64,000 bases of DNA from NCBI GenBank assembly GCA_965219955.1, contig OZ244799.1, positions 2,912,001-2,976,000 of the forward strand, given 5' to 3'. The notes beneath the pieces were generated by a model, which worked only from the letters and a program-made list of their open reading frames with translations, ran no database searches and had not been told where the DNA came from. This DNA is from a bacterium. Lineage in GTDB: Bacteria > UBA8248. Positions 37,925 to 48,315 of the stretch are shown one piece after another; position 1 is the stretch's first letter, and every line of letters starts with the position of its first letter. Both the position numbers and the translations under genes were made by a program.

Positions 37925-39040
37925 ATGGGGACGGAATACGCCTGGTTTCTCCCGTCGGCCAGGGCGGGTGACGGCCAAAAGATCAACACCAGGGTGCCTG
38001 AGCGAAAACCCACCATCGAGTACCTCTCGCGCGTTGCGAGCGCCGCCGAGCGGGCCGGTTTCGTGAACCTTCTGGTGCCCACCGGCACCCACTGCCTGGA
38101 CGCCTGGCTCGTGGCCGCGGGCGTGGCGCAGCATACCGAAAGAATCAAATTCTGCGTGGCGTTCCGACCGGGCCTCACCAGCCCCGTATTCGCCGCCCAG
38201 ACGGCGAACACGCTCGACGCGCTCACCGGCGGGCGGCTGACGCTCAACGTCGTCACCGGTTCGAGCCACGCGGAGCAGATGCGCTACGGCGACCACCTCG
38301 CACACGATGAGCGCTACGACAGGACGGAGGAGTTTCTGGAGATCGTCACCCGTATCTGGAGCGCAGACGCTCCCATCACCTACAAGGGAAAGTATTTCGA
38401 CATCAAAGAAGCCGCCTTTTTCCCGATCCACGTCTCGAAACCCTGGCCGCCCATCTATCTCGGCGGAAGTTCGGAGCCCGGCCGCCGGGTGGGGGCGAAA
38501 TTCTCCGACGTACACATGATGTACGCCGTCGACGTGGAGACCATCGCCAAGGACGCGCTCGACATGAAGCAGCGCGCCGCGGAGGTCGGCCGCGAAGAGC
38601 AGATAAAATTCGGCGTCCGAATGCACATCCTCTGCCGGGAGACCAAGGCGGAGGCGAAAAAAGCCGCCCAAGCGCTCATCGAGGGGAGCGACATCTCGAA
38701 CGTGCAGGTCTGGGCCGACTTGAAGACCAAATCGGAGAGCACAGGCCAGACGCGGGTGAACGAACTGGCGAAAGGCGAATCGCTCTGGATCACCGACACC
38801 TTGTGGATGGGCGTGAACACGGTTCGCGCGGGCCCGGGCGCCTGCCTGGTGGGCACGCCGGACATGATCGCCAAGGCGCTCAAGGAATACGTGGACGTGG
38901 GCGTTCACACGTTCATCCTCTCAGGTTGGCCGCACGTCGAGGAGGTGGAGATATTCGGACGCGAGATCATGCCCCTGCTCGAGGATACGGAGCCCATCAC
39001 CCTGGAGCCTCCCATGCCCGCCCTCGCGGAATACGATTAA
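37925..39040 (+). CDS. LLM-class flavin monooxygenase (SsuD/MsuD-like), copy 1
   Basis: WFLP, LVPTG.HCLDAW, AFRPG, GGRLTLNVVTG, HDERY, IYLGGSS, FILSGWPH. Confidence 0.9.
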   Translation: MGTEYAWFLPSARAGDGQKINTRVPERKPTIEYLSRVASAAERAGFVNLLVPTGTHCLDAWLVAAGVAQHTERIKFCVAFRPGLTSPVFAAQTANTLDALTGGRLTLNVVTGSSHAEQMRYGDHLAHDERYDRTEEFLEIVTRIWSADAPITYKGKYFDIKEAAFFPIHVSKPWPPIYLGGSSEPGRRVGAKFSDVHMMYAVDVETIAKDALDMKQRAAEVGREEQIKFGVRMHILCRETKAEAKKAAQALIEGSDISNVQVWADLKTKSESTGQTRVNELAKGESLWITDTLWMGVNTVRAGPGACLVGTPDMIAKALKEYVDVGVHTFILSGWPHVEEVEIFGREIMPLLEDTEPITLEPPMPALAEYD

Positions 39041-39060
39041 GAATAGAACGCAACGGAAAG

Positions 39061-39236
39061 GCCGACGCCGGTCTTCTCGACCTCATGGCGCCCGGGGAAT
39101 TCGGCGGTAGCGGTGGAAAAACCGGGCCTGTCGTGGTGCGGACCACCGGCGATCTGACCGGGGGAAAAGACGTCTCCCCCCAACATGTGGCGGAGGCGGT
39201 TCCGTACCGTCAACCGGACAAACGGATGCCTGTCTG
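39061..39236 (+). pseudogene. Junction remnant: fragment of the acyl-CoA dehydrogenase gene fused to a decayed copy of the comM 3' end
   Basis: 39061-39113 matches 40672-40724 (8 mismatches in 53). 39110-39236 matches the comM end (..SPQHVAEAV.YRQ.D..MPV*) with an internal deletion. Confidence 0.8.
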
Positions 39237-39369
39237 AACCTCGCGACCCCGATATTGAGATTGACGCGCTTCCGCCTTGTTTGTATTTTCAGAACCGAGT
39301 GGGAGGCATATACATTCCATCATTTTGGATTATACTATGCCCCATCTCTCACTTTAGAGGTTTCTGAAT

Positions 39370-40485
39370 ATGGGGACAGAATACGCCTGGTTTCTCCCGT
39401 CGGCCAGGGCGGGTGACGGCCACAAGATCAACACGAGGGTGCCTGAACGGAAACCCACCATCGAGTACCTCTCCCAGGTGGCGAGCGCCGCCGAGCAGGC
39501 CGGTTTCGTGAACCTCCTGGTGCCCACCGGCACCCACTGCATGGACGCCTGGCTCGTGGCCGCGGGCGTGGCCCAGCACACCGAGAGAATCAAATTCTGC
39601 GTGGCGTTCCGTCCCGGCCTCACCAGCCCCGTATTCGCCGCCCAGACGGCGAGCACGCTCGACGCGCTCACCGGCGGACGACTGACGCTCAACGTCGTCA
39701 CCGGCTCGAGCCACGTGGAACAGATGCGCTACGGCGATCATCTCGTACACGATGAGCGCTACGACAGGACGGATGAGTTTCTGGAAATTGTCACCCGCAT
39801 CTGGAGCGCCGACGCTCCCATCACCTACAAGGGGAAGTATTTCGACATACGCGAAGCCGCCTTTTTCCCGATCCACGTCTCCAAACCCTGGCCGCCCATC
39901 TATCTCGGCGGAAGTTCCGAGCCCGGCCGCCGGGTGGGAGCGAAATTCTCGGACGTCCACATGATGTACGCCGTGGATGTCGATACCATCGCCGAGGACG
40001 TGCGCGACATGAGGCGCCGAGCCGCGGAGTTCGGCCGCGAGGATAAGATTCAATTCGGCGTCCGGATGCACATCCTTTGTCGGGAGACCAGGGCGGAGGC
40101 GAAAAAAGCCGCCCAGGCGCTCATCGAGGGCAGCGACATCTCGAACGTGCAGGCCTGGGCCGACATGAAGACCAAAACGGAGAGCACCGGGCAGACGCGC
40201 GTCAACGAACTGGCGAAGGGCGAGTCGCTCTGGATCACCGACACCTTGTGGATGGGCGTGAACACTGTCCGCGCGGGCGCCGGCGCTTCGCTGGTGGGCA
40301 CGCCCGACATGATCGCCAAAGCGCTCAGGGAATACGTGGACGTGGGTGTTCACACGTTCATTCTCTCCGGCTGGCCGCACGTCGAGGAGGTGGAGATATT
40401 CGGACGCGAGATCATGCCGCTGCTGGAGGATACCGAGCCCATCACCCTGGAGCAGCCCTTGCCCGCGCTCGCGGAATACGACTGA
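39370..40485 (+). CDS. LLM-class flavin monooxygenase (SsuD/MsuD-like), copy 2
   Basis: Same length as copy 1 (371 aa), about 92% aa identical by hand count. Confidence 0.9.
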   Translation: MGTEYAWFLPSARAGDGHKINTRVPERKPTIEYLSQVASAAEQAGFVNLLVPTGTHCMDAWLVAAGVAQHTERIKFCVAFRPGLTSPVFAAQTASTLDALTGGRLTLNVVTGSSHVEQMRYGDHLVHDERYDRTDEFLEIVTRIWSADAPITYKGKYFDIREAAFFPIHVSKPWPPIYLGGSSEPGRRVGAKFSDVHMMYAVDVDTIAEDVRDMRRRAAEFGREDKIQFGVRMHILCRETRAEAKKAAQALIEGSDISNVQAWADMKTKTESTGQTRVNELAKGESLWITDTLWMGVNTVRAGAGASLVGTPDMIAKALREYVDVGVHTFILSGWPHVEEVEIFGREIMPLLEDTEPITLEQPLPALAEYD

Positions 40486-40527
40486 AGAGAGAAAAATCGC
40501 CATAGCAACAGAAAAAGGAAATTTTTG

Positions 40528-41706
40528 ATGAACAGTTCCGCCGGCGCGCTCGGCGCCGAATCGAAAAAATGGGTCGACCTCGCCGAATCGCTGGCGCAGG
40601 AAAAATTCGCGCCGCGCGCGAAGATGATCGACGAGGAATCGCGCTTTCCGACCGAGAACTATCAGGACCTCGCCGACGCCGGCCTTCTCTCTCTCATGGT
40701 GCCCAGGGAATTCGGCGGCATCGGAGCAGATTCGCTCACCTACGTCACGGTGCTTTCCAAGATTGCGAAAGGCTGCGCCTCCACGGGCCTCACGTTCAAC
40801 ATGCACAGCGCCGTCGTGGACTTTCTGGGGCAAATCGCCTCCAAAGAGCAGATGGAGCGCTACTTCTCCGAAGTGGTGAACGAAGGCGCCATCTTCGCCT
40901 CCATCACGAGCGAGCCGGGCAGCTCCTTCCGCGACAAGCTGGCGGTGCGCACTTCCATTCGCGAGGATAACGGCCTCTACCGCCTTCACGGCAAGAAGCA
41001 TTTCTGCTCCCTCTCCACCGGGGCGACGTATTACTTCACCTGGAGCTACCTCGACGGCGCGGAAACCCTGCAGGAGGGTCTTCTGAACGTGATGATCCCC
41101 GCCGCGAGAGAGAACATCGAAATCCTGGACGATTGGCACACCATCGGCATGCGGGGAACGGCTTCGAACTCCCTGATGTTTCACGACGTCGCCGTGAAGC
41201 CGGGCGAGATCATCGGGGAGCCGGGCAGCATTCTCGGCAAGGACATGAGCATGTGGTCTCTGGGATACACCGCCGTCTACATCGGCATCGCGGAGGCGGC
41301 CTATCAGTTCACGGTGGATTACGTGAAAAAGACGAAATCGGGCATGGGGGTTCCTCTGGGCGAGCTGGACCGCACGCAGCGCCAGATTGGCGAGATGGCC
41401 ATGCTGCTCGAGAACGCTCGCCGCGCCGCCGAGAAACTGGGCGCGCTCAGGGGAAACCTCGGCAAGATGGAACTGACCTTCATCCTTAACCAGGCGAAAT
41501 TCCTGGCGACCGAAGCCGCTAAGGAACTCGCCGAGCAGGGAATCCGCCTGTGCGGCGGCCGCGGGCTTCACCGTTCCCTGCCGCTCGAGCGTCATTTGAG
41601 GGACGCGGTGGCCGGCATCGTCATGCCGCCCGCCAACGACCGCTGCCTCGAAACCATCGGGCAAATCGCCTTGGGCCGCGAAGCGAAAACGCTCGATTTT
41701 CAGTAG
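40528..41706 (+). CDS. Acyl-CoA dehydrogenase-fold flavoprotein (SfnB/DszC-like)
   Basis: SITSEPG, GKKHFCS, DDWHTIGMRGTASN, LERHLRD. Confidence 0.85.
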   Translation: MNSSAGALGAESKKWVDLAESLAQEKFAPRAKMIDEESRFPTENYQDLADAGLLSLMVPREFGGIGADSLTYVTVLSKIAKGCASTGLTFNMHSAVVDFLGQIASKEQMERYFSEVVNEGAIFASITSEPGSSFRDKLAVRTSIREDNGLYRLHGKKHFCSLSTGATYYFTWSYLDGAETLQEGLLNVMIPAARENIEILDDWHTIGMRGTASNSLMFHDVAVKPGEIIGEPGSILGKDMSMWSLGYTAVYIGIAEAAYQFTVDYVKKTKSGMGVPLGELDRTQRQIGEMAMLLENARRAAEKLGALRGNLGKMELTFILNQAKFLATEAAKELAEQGIRLCGGRGLHRSLPLERHLRDAVAGIVMPPANDRCLETIGQIALGREAKTLDFQ

Positions 41707-41793
41707 CAATTCATCTAACAGGCCCTATGCGCCCCGCCGCAGCGACCGGACAGACGCCTCTTTGCCGTGCCCATTCACAAGAGGGATTCCGCC

Positions 41794-43350
41794 CTACTCC
41801 CCCGTTCCCGCCTTTCCAGCGCGACGCGAGTCCCCATAAGCAGTGAGGCGGCCGTCATCGCCCACCGCCACGGCATGCACGCCGCCGAAGAAGTGATGGG
41901 GGTACACATAAGGTGAAACCTCCAAACCGCTCTGCCGCAATGATTCTAAAACCGCCTCATCCACAGCATCCTCAGCGTGCATGGGGCCGATATCCAGGTG
42001 CATGCGGGGGGCTTCCACCGCTTCTTGCAGGCTCATCTTCCGGTAAAACAGATTCAAGATGACCTGGGCCACCGCCGTGGGGATTCGGTACGAACCGGGA
42101 CTCCCGACACCCAGCCGCAATTTCTTCCCCTCGAAGACGAGGGTGGGGGCGTAACCCGCCATGGGCCGCTTACCCGCGCCCAGAGAATTCCCGCGTCCCG
42201 GGCGTGGGTCCATCCAGTTCGTGTGATTGTTCAAGATGACACCCGTGCCCGGCGGCACGACGCCCGAGCCCCACCCCATCCCCAGGGTCTGCGTCTGGCA
42301 GACCACGTTGCCTTTGACGTCCACAACCGTGAAGTGGGTCGTCGAGCCCGGCTCCAAGTCATGAACGTGAACGACGGAGGAGCGTTCCCCGGATATTGCG
42401 GTGGTGGCGTATTCCTTGCTCAGGAGGCGTTCTGTCGGCATATCGTAATGGTAAGGGTCCCCATAGACCGAAAACCTGTCGCGAAACGCCGCGCGCATGG
42501 CGCGTGCGAATGCCAGGCCGCGCGCAGTCTCATCCGCAGCATCCCAATCGGGCAGCAGGACTTCTAAAAAATTCAATATCTGAATCAGGATGAGACCGGA
42601 AGAAGGCGGCGGCGCCGTGAGGAAACGCAGGTCCCGATAACGCGAGGCGAGCGGCGCCATCCACCGCACGCGGTAGTTTAAGAGATCAGACGCCCCCAGA
42701 TAACCACCGCCGCTATTCACCGCATCCACAATGGCTTTAGCGAGCGCGCCTTCGTAAAAAGCGTCCGCTCCTTTTTCGGCTATCTCGCGAAGCGTTCCCG
42801 CCAAATCCGGCTGGCGCAAGAGTGTTCCTTCAGGAAGCGGTTCGCCGGATGCCGAGTGGATTCTCCCGAGTTCAGGATATGCCGCGCAAAACTCCCTGAA
42901 GCGCGGCTCCTCCTGCTGGCGGCGATAGAACCAGCCGACGTGAAAACCCTCATCCGCCAGACGGATTGCGCCCTCGAACAAATCGTCCCAGTCCTTGCGC
43001 CCGAATTCGCGGTGAATCGCCTCGAGCCCGCGCAACAACCCCGGAACCAGGACGGAGCGATGGCCCCGGCTGTGCGCATCGTCTTTGTGCCGTCCGGATT
43101 CATCGCACTCGAAAATGCCGGGTTCCATTCCAGGGGAGCACTCGTTGCTGAAATCGACGAACCCGGCTCTTTTCTCGTTCTCGCGCCAGATGAGCGCCAC
43201 GCCGCCGCCGCCCAGACCGGAATAGAAAGGCTCCGCCACACTCAGGGCCAGGGAGACGGCCACCGCCGCATCGCAGGCGTCTCCTCCCTCCTCCATCACG
43301 CGCAAGCCCGCTTCCACCGCTTTTTCATGAGCCGCCGCTACGGCGAACAT
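41794..43350 (-). CDS. ggt: Gamma-glutamyltransferase family protein
   Basis: GGDACDAAVA, SGLGGGG, STTHFTVVD (nucleophile Thr), GSGVVPPGTGVILNN, DSRR. Confidence 0.9.
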   Translation of the reverse strand: MFAVAAAHEKAVEAGLRVMEEGGDACDAAVAVSLALSVAEPFYSGLGGGGVALIWRENEKRAGFVDFSNECSPGMEPGIFECDESGRHKDDAHSRGHRSVLVPGLLRGLEAIHREFGRKDWDDLFEGAIRLADEGFHVGWFYRRQQEEPRFREFCAAYPELGRIHSASGEPLPEGTLLRQPDLAGTLREIAEKGADAFYEGALAKAIVDAVNSGGGYLGASDLLNYRVRWMAPLASRYRDLRFLTAPPPSSGLILIQILNFLEVLLPDWDAADETARGLAFARAMRAAFRDRFSVYGDPYHYDMPTERLLSKEYATTAISGERSSVVHVHDLEPGSTTHFTVVDVKGNVVCQTQTLGMGWGSGVVPPGTGVILNNHTNWMDPRPGRGNSLGAGKRPMAGYAPTLVFEGKKLRLGVGSPGSYRIPTAVAQVILNLFYRKMSLQEAVEAPRMHLDIGPMHAEDAVDEAVLESLRQSGLEVSPYVYPHHFFGGVHAVAVGDDGRLTAYGDSRRAGKAGTGE

Positions 43351-43569
43351 ATGGATTCCTCCCGCGTTTTCTCCATCATTGATGCTAGAAGATTATAAGC
43401 ACACCGAGGCTCCAAGGCGCACGCGTGAGCGCGGGACGCCCCTTGCCATGCCATTTTTTGACTGCCCGCAATGACAAAACTGCATTATTTGCTGTAACTT
43501 AGGCAGGTTACCTTCGAATATCGCCGCGTTTCGTATAAGCGGCACGTTATTGAGCCACGGACATCTGTG

Positions 43570-44916
43570 ATGACAGACAAACCGCCAGATGGAGAAAATC
43601 CCTCCCACGCCGGACCCGCCCAGGAGGGGAAAAACCCGCCGTCCACCAACAAGCGACGCCCCCGGCAAAAGCGCTTCACCCTCTCTTTCGTCAGGAAATT
43701 CCTCCTTTTCCTGGCCCTCGGCGTGGGCCTGTTCTTCGCCGCCGAGGCGGGATATTTCTGGTGGCAGCATTGGGAGCGATACGTCTCGACGGACAACGCC
43801 TATGTGCAGAGTACGCTGACGCCTGTGAGCGTCGAAATTCCGGGCGTGGTGAAAAAACTCCTGGTCAAGGACAACCAGGCGGTCCGGAAAGGGGACCTCC
43901 TCGTCGTCCTCGACAAGCGGCGTCATGAGGTGGCTCTCCAGAAAGCCAAGGCCACCGTGGCCGTCGCCCGCGCGAAGTATGAGGCGAGCAAGGTTTCCGT
44001 CACCCACTCGATGGGCCGCGCGAGCGGCCTCCAGCAGGAAGCAAGCGCCCGGCTGGAGACTTTGAGGCGCACCCTGCGCTCGGCCCGCGCACTGCTCATT
44101 CAGAGAAAAAACGAAACGCGCGCCCATGCGGCGACGATGAACCAGGCGCGCGAGGATTTGAACCGAAAACTGCGTCTGCATGGCCAGAAAATCATTTCGG
44201 ATGAGAACCTGGCGCTTGCGAACGCTTCATATGACGTCGCCAAGGCGAATTACGACGCCTCCGGGGCCGCGCTCAACGTAGAGGAGAATAAAGTCGCGGC
44301 TATCGTCAACCAGATCGTAGAGGCGCAGGCTGCGGTGGCGCTGGCCAAAAACGAGGACCGTTCCCGGCGCATGAAGAGCCATGACGCCGATTCCCTGAAG
44401 GCTGAACTCGAAGAAGCCCTGGCCGCCTACAAGGAGAAGGAGCTTTTACTCTCCTACACCGAGGTTCGCGCGCCCGTATCCGGCTACGTGGAGAAATCCG
44501 TCGACCCGGGAACCTTCGTGCAGCCGGGGCGTCCCTTGCTGCTCATCGTCCAGCTTGAGAAAGCGTATATCCGGGCGAATTTCAAGGAAATCAAACTCGA
44601 GGGCATCCACGTGGGCCAGCCCGCGGAAATCGTGCTCGACGCCTATCCGAATCGAACGTTCAAGGGCCACATCGCGAGCCTGTACTCGGGTACGGGTGAG
44701 ACCTTCTCTCTCCTGCCGCCCGAGAACGCCACAGGGAACTGGGTGAAGGTCACCCGCCGCATTCCCGTGAAGATACTGCTGGATGAAAGGCCTCCCTCGA
44801 ACTTCCCGCTTCTGGTCGGCATGTCCGCCTACGTGACCGTGGACACCAAAACACGGCGCGGCCCCCGCCTGCTGGCGTACCCTGTGGACAAGAAACCGCA
44901 AAACCGGAAACCTTGA
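43570..44916 (+). CDS. HlyD/EmrA-type membrane fusion protein
   Basis: STDNAYV, ANFKE, FSLLPPENATGNWVKVTRRIPV. Confidence 0.92.
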   Translation: MTDKPPDGENPSHAGPAQEGKNPPSTNKRRPRQKRFTLSFVRKFLLFLALGVGLFFAAEAGYFWWQHWERYVSTDNAYVQSTLTPVSVEIPGVVKKLLVKDNQAVRKGDLLVVLDKRRHEVALQKAKATVAVARAKYEASKVSVTHSMGRASGLQQEASARLETLRRTLRSARALLIQRKNETRAHAATMNQAREDLNRKLRLHGQKIISDENLALANASYDVAKANYDASGAALNVEENKVAAIVNQIVEAQAAVALAKNEDRSRRMKSHDADSLKAELEEALAAYKEKELLLSYTEVRAPVSGYVEKSVDPGTFVQPGRPLLLIVQLEKAYIRANFKEIKLEGIHVGQPAEIVLDAYPNRTFKGHIASLYSGTGETFSLLPPENATGNWVKVTRRIPVKILLDERPPSNFPLLVGMSAYVTVDTKTRRGPRLLAYPVDKKPQNRKP

Positions 44917-46499
44917 ACGCGAAAACGACTTCATCCGCTCCCGGCAGCGGGGAGGAAGCCGCCTACGGGACAAGTTATCCCTCTCCCTTCAACCGCGCGA
45001 TGATAACGCTCGCGGTCGTGTCGGCCGCGTTCATCTCCATCATGGACGCCAGCATCGTCAACGTGGTGATGCCGCACATGCGCGGTTCGTTCAACGTCGA
45101 TCTGTCCACCATCACCTGGGTGGCGACCATCTACACCATCGCCCAGATCATCACGATCACCATGTCGGCCTGGTGGAGCACCCTGCTGGGACGGAAGCGC
45201 TATTTTCTCGTCTCCTTCGTCCTGTTCACGCTGGCGTCGATTCTCGTCGGTACCTCGCAAACCTTCACCCAGATGCTCGTCTACCGCATCCTGCAAGGGC
45301 TCGGCGGCGGCGGGCTCATCCCCGTCGCGCAGGCGATATTGCGCGAAACCTACCCGCCGAACAGACAAGGCTGGGCGATGGCCATGTTCGCGGCCGGGGT
45401 GGTGTTGGCGCCCGCCATGGGTCCGGTAGTTGGCGGATGGATCACGGAAACGCTGAGCTGGCCATGGGTTTTCTACATCAACGTGCCCGTCGCCGCCGTG
45501 GGACTCGCCCTCGTCTCCATCTACGTGTACGACCCGCCCCACATGAAGCGCGGAATCAAAAAGGTCGACTGGGTGGGCATCGTCCTCATCGGGGTCGGCC
45601 TCACCGCGCTTCAGGTCGTCCTGGAACGGGGGCAGGATGAGGACTGGTTCGACTCGAACCTCATCATCGTGATGACGATTCTCACCATCCTTACCCTGAC
45701 GGCGCTGGTCCTCTGGGAACTCAAGACGGAAGAACCCATCGTCGATTTCAGGGTTCTTAAAAACCTGAACCTGAGCGCCTCGTGCTTCGTGGTGCTGATC
45801 TTCGGAATCGTGATGTTCGGAACCACCTTCATCCTGCCGCAATTTCTGCAAAACCTGCTCGATCACGGCCCGTATGAAACCGGCCTCGTCATGCTGCCAA
45901 GGGGCATCGCCCTGTTCTGCATGATGCCCATCGTGGGCCACCTGTACAATCATGTGGATTACAGGATACTGATGTGCGGCGGCGTCGCGCTGGCCATGAC
46001 GTCCCTGATTCTGATGTCGGGGCTCTCGTTGCAGACGGACTATTGGGACATGGTGTCGCGCCTCGTCATCCTGGGTTTCGGCATGCCCTTCGTCTTCGTC
46101 ACCCTGACGACCGTCGCCTTCAGCACCACCGCAGTGGCCGACATCAACTCCGCCACGAGCCTCTACAACCTGGCGCGCCGCCTGGGGGGCAACCTGGGGT
46201 TCGCCGTCATGGCAATACTGCTGGAGCGCCGCACGGCCCTTCATCGCGTGAACATGGTGGGAAACATCACCGAATCGAACGCCACGTTCCTCTCATACAA
46301 AGAAACGCTGTCGGAAATGCTCGTCCGCAAGCAAATCGACCCGCACACCGCGCAAACCAAGGCGATGGGCCTCATCGAACAGACCATCGACAAACAAGCC
46401 ACCATGCTCGCCTACAACGACATCTATTGGATCATGGGATGGAGCTTCATTTTCGTCATCCCGTTCATTCTTGTGCTGAAAACCAACAAGCAGACGTGA
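44913..46499 (+). CDS. DHA2 (EmrB-type) MFS efflux permease
   Basis: MDASIVNV, RILQGLGGG, APAMGPVVGG, FYINVP, LERGQDEDWF. Confidence 0.92.
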   Translation: MNAKTTSSAPGSGEEAAYGTSYPSPFNRAMITLAVVSAAFISIMDASIVNVVMPHMRGSFNVDLSTITWVATIYTIAQIITITMSAWWSTLLGRKRYFLVSFVLFTLASILVGTSQTFTQMLVYRILQGLGGGGLIPVAQAILRETYPPNRQGWAMAMFAAGVVLAPAMGPVVGGWITETLSWPWVFYINVPVAAVGLALVSIYVYDPPHMKRGIKKVDWVGIVLIGVGLTALQVVLERGQDEDWFDSNLIIVMTILTILTLTALVLWELKTEEPIVDFRVLKNLNLSASCFVVLIFGIVMFGTTFILPQFLQNLLDHGPYETGLVMLPRGIALFCMMPIVGHLYNHVDYRILMCGGVALAMTSLILMSGLSLQTDYWDMVSRLVILGFGMPFVFVTLTTVAFSTTAVADINSATSLYNLARRLGGNLGFAVMAILLERRTALHRVNMVGNITESNATFLSYKETLSEMLVRKQIDPHTAQTKAMGLIEQTIDKQATMLAYNDIYWIMGWSFIFVIPFILVLKTNKQT

Positions 46500-46575
46500 A
46501 GTGCGGACGAAACGGTGACCGGCTACGCAGGGAAAACGAAGGGAATACTCCGGGCCGATAACGGAAAAAGGAGGG

Positions 46576-46674
46576 TTATTTCCTGGGGTAAATCCCAAAG
46601 GGATCCTTCAGCAGCACCTTCCAGACGAAAATGAGTACGACTACGGCCAATATGATGATCGAAAGGGTTTTCAT
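46576..46674 (-). CDS. Putative small single-TM protein (32 aa)
   Basis: MKTLSIIILAVVVLIFVWKVLLKDPFGIYPRK with GGGAGAG upstream, directly after tRNA-Lys. Confidence 0.45.
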   Translation of the reverse strand: MKTLSIIILAVVVLIFVWKVLLKDPFGIYPRK

Positions 46675-46707
46675 ACGGAACCGACTCTCCCATGAATGCG
46701 CGAAAGC

Positions 46708-46784
46708 TGGTGGGTCGCCGGGGAATCGAACCCCGAACCTACGGATTAAGAGTCCGTTGCTCTGCCTAGTTGAGCTAGCGACCC
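46708..46784 (-). tRNA. tRNA-Lys(CTT)
   Basis: GGGTCGCTAGCTCAACT..ACGGA-CT-CTT-AA-TCCGT..GGTTCGATTCC..ACCA. Confidence 0.95.
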
Positions 46785-46992
46785 GATATCTGAAGTATCG
46801 CCGACCGGCGATCATCAAACCGAAGTTAGCACAGCGAGCCGACATAACAAAACCGGCGCGGCCCATCAACTCTCGAACATTTTGAGGAAAACGCCCCTCA
46901 CCTTCCCGGATGAAAATCCTCCAGGAGAGCACGGAGACGCGCATTCGGGGTTCCCGCACACCCCGCGGCTCTCGGGTCTATTCGGACGTCGG

Positions 46993-48315
46993 CTATCTTT
47001 CCGGAATCAGGCCGCGGGGACTGAAACGCAGGACCATCAACAGGATGACTCCCATGACCATATGACGCATGTGGGCCGCGCTTTCCATCAGGTGCCCACG
47101 CAAAGGGCTGTCCTGCGCGAGACCCGAAGTGAGTAGTTCCATGACCCACAAACCGATGGGTTCGGCCTCGACCCAGAAGAACCAGATCACGAAACCGCCC
47201 AGAACCGCGCCCCGGTTGTTCCCCGACCCGCCGACGATGACCATCACCCAGATGATGAAAGTGAAGCGGAGCGGCTGGTAGGAAGCGGGCGTGAACTGCC
47301 CGTCCAGGGTGGTGAGCATGGCGCCGGCGACACCGACCACCGCCGAGCCCAGGATGAACACCTGCAGATGGCGTCCCGTGACGTCCTTGCCCATGGCGGA
47401 AGCGGCGAGTTCATTGTCCCTTATGGCGCGCATCATCCGCCCCCACGGGGAATGGAGCGCCCGCCCGGAGAGCCACAACACCACGAGAAGGACGATGGCG
47501 AACAGCCCCGCGTAGCACAATTTAACCAAAATGGAAGAGAACTCCACGGGCGATACGCCCAGCACCGCAGCCCAGTCCCGGAACCAGGGGGCCTGCTGAA
47601 GGTCCACCTCATACGGCACCGGGCGGGGCAGTCCGCTCACGTTCTTCACCCCGCGGGCCAGCCAGTCCTCGTTCTTCAGGACGGCGATGATGATCTCCGA
47701 AATGCCCAGCGTGGCGATCGCCAGATAATCGGCCCTGAGGCCCAATGCGATCTTTCCGATCACCCAGGCGACGGCGGCGGCGAACAAACCGCCCGCGACC
47801 CAGGAGAACAGGATGGGCAGCCCCAGGCCGCCCAGGAACCCGGCTTTTGTCGGGTCCACGGCCTCGATGGCCTCCACGGCGGGGAAAAAGAACGCCCGCG
47901 CGAGAAAATAGCCGCCGACGATGATGAAGGCGGGGAGGAGTTTCCGCGGCACTCCGGCGGGAGCGCGCCTGGCGGCGAAAACGGCTGCCAGAATCGTCGC
48001 CAGAGAAATCGCCAGAGCGACGATGACGCCCCCACCGCCCGCTTTCCAGGCCGCCGGGACCGGCGCGACGGAGACGAGAACCGCCGTCACCCCCCCCAGC
48101 GCCGCGAACCCCAGAACGCCGAAATTCACGAGTCCGGCGTAGCCCCACTGTATGTTGACACCCAGAGACATGATGGCCGATATGAGGCAGAGGTTCAGAA
48201 TCGTCAGCGCCAGGGGCCAACTCTGGATCATACCGACCAGAGCCAGAGCCGCGAACATGGCCGCGAACATGCAGATGGTGCGCATGTTCTCTCTCCTGTG
48301 GGCCGCAGGGTTCAT
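46993..48315 (-). CDS. Branched-chain amino acid-type ABC permease (LivM-like)
   Basis: QWGYAGLVNFG, LRADYLAIATLG, WGRMMRAIRDNE, IVGGSGNN. Confidence 0.9.
   Translation of the reverse strand: MNPAAHRRENMRTICMFAAMFAALALVGMIQSWPLALTILNLCLISAIMSLGVNIQWGYAGLVNFGVLGFAALGGVTAVLVSVAPVPAAWKAGGGGVIVALAISLATILAAVFAARRAPAGVPRKLLPAFIIVGGYFLARAFFFPAVEAIEAVDPTKAGFLGGLGLPILFSWVAGGLFAAAVAWVIGKIALGLRADYLAIATLGISEIIIAVLKNEDWLARGVKNVSGLPRPVPYEVDLQQAPWFRDWAAVLGVSPVEFSSILVKLCYAGLFAIVLLVVLWLSGRALHSPWGRMMRAIRDNELAASAMGKDVTGRHLQVFILGSAVVGVAGAMLTTLDGQFTPASYQPLRFTFIIWVMVIVGGSGNNRGAVLGGFVIWFFWVEAEPIGLWVMELLTSGLAQDSPLRGHLMESAAHMRHMVMGVILLMVLRFSPRGLIPER

Noticed and set aside
37838-40485. Template/variable-repeat (DGR) or phase-variable cassette explanation for the twin LLM genes
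   Set aside because: Differences are spread along the gene and largely synonymous, not adenine-specific; there is no reverse transcriptase or invertase.
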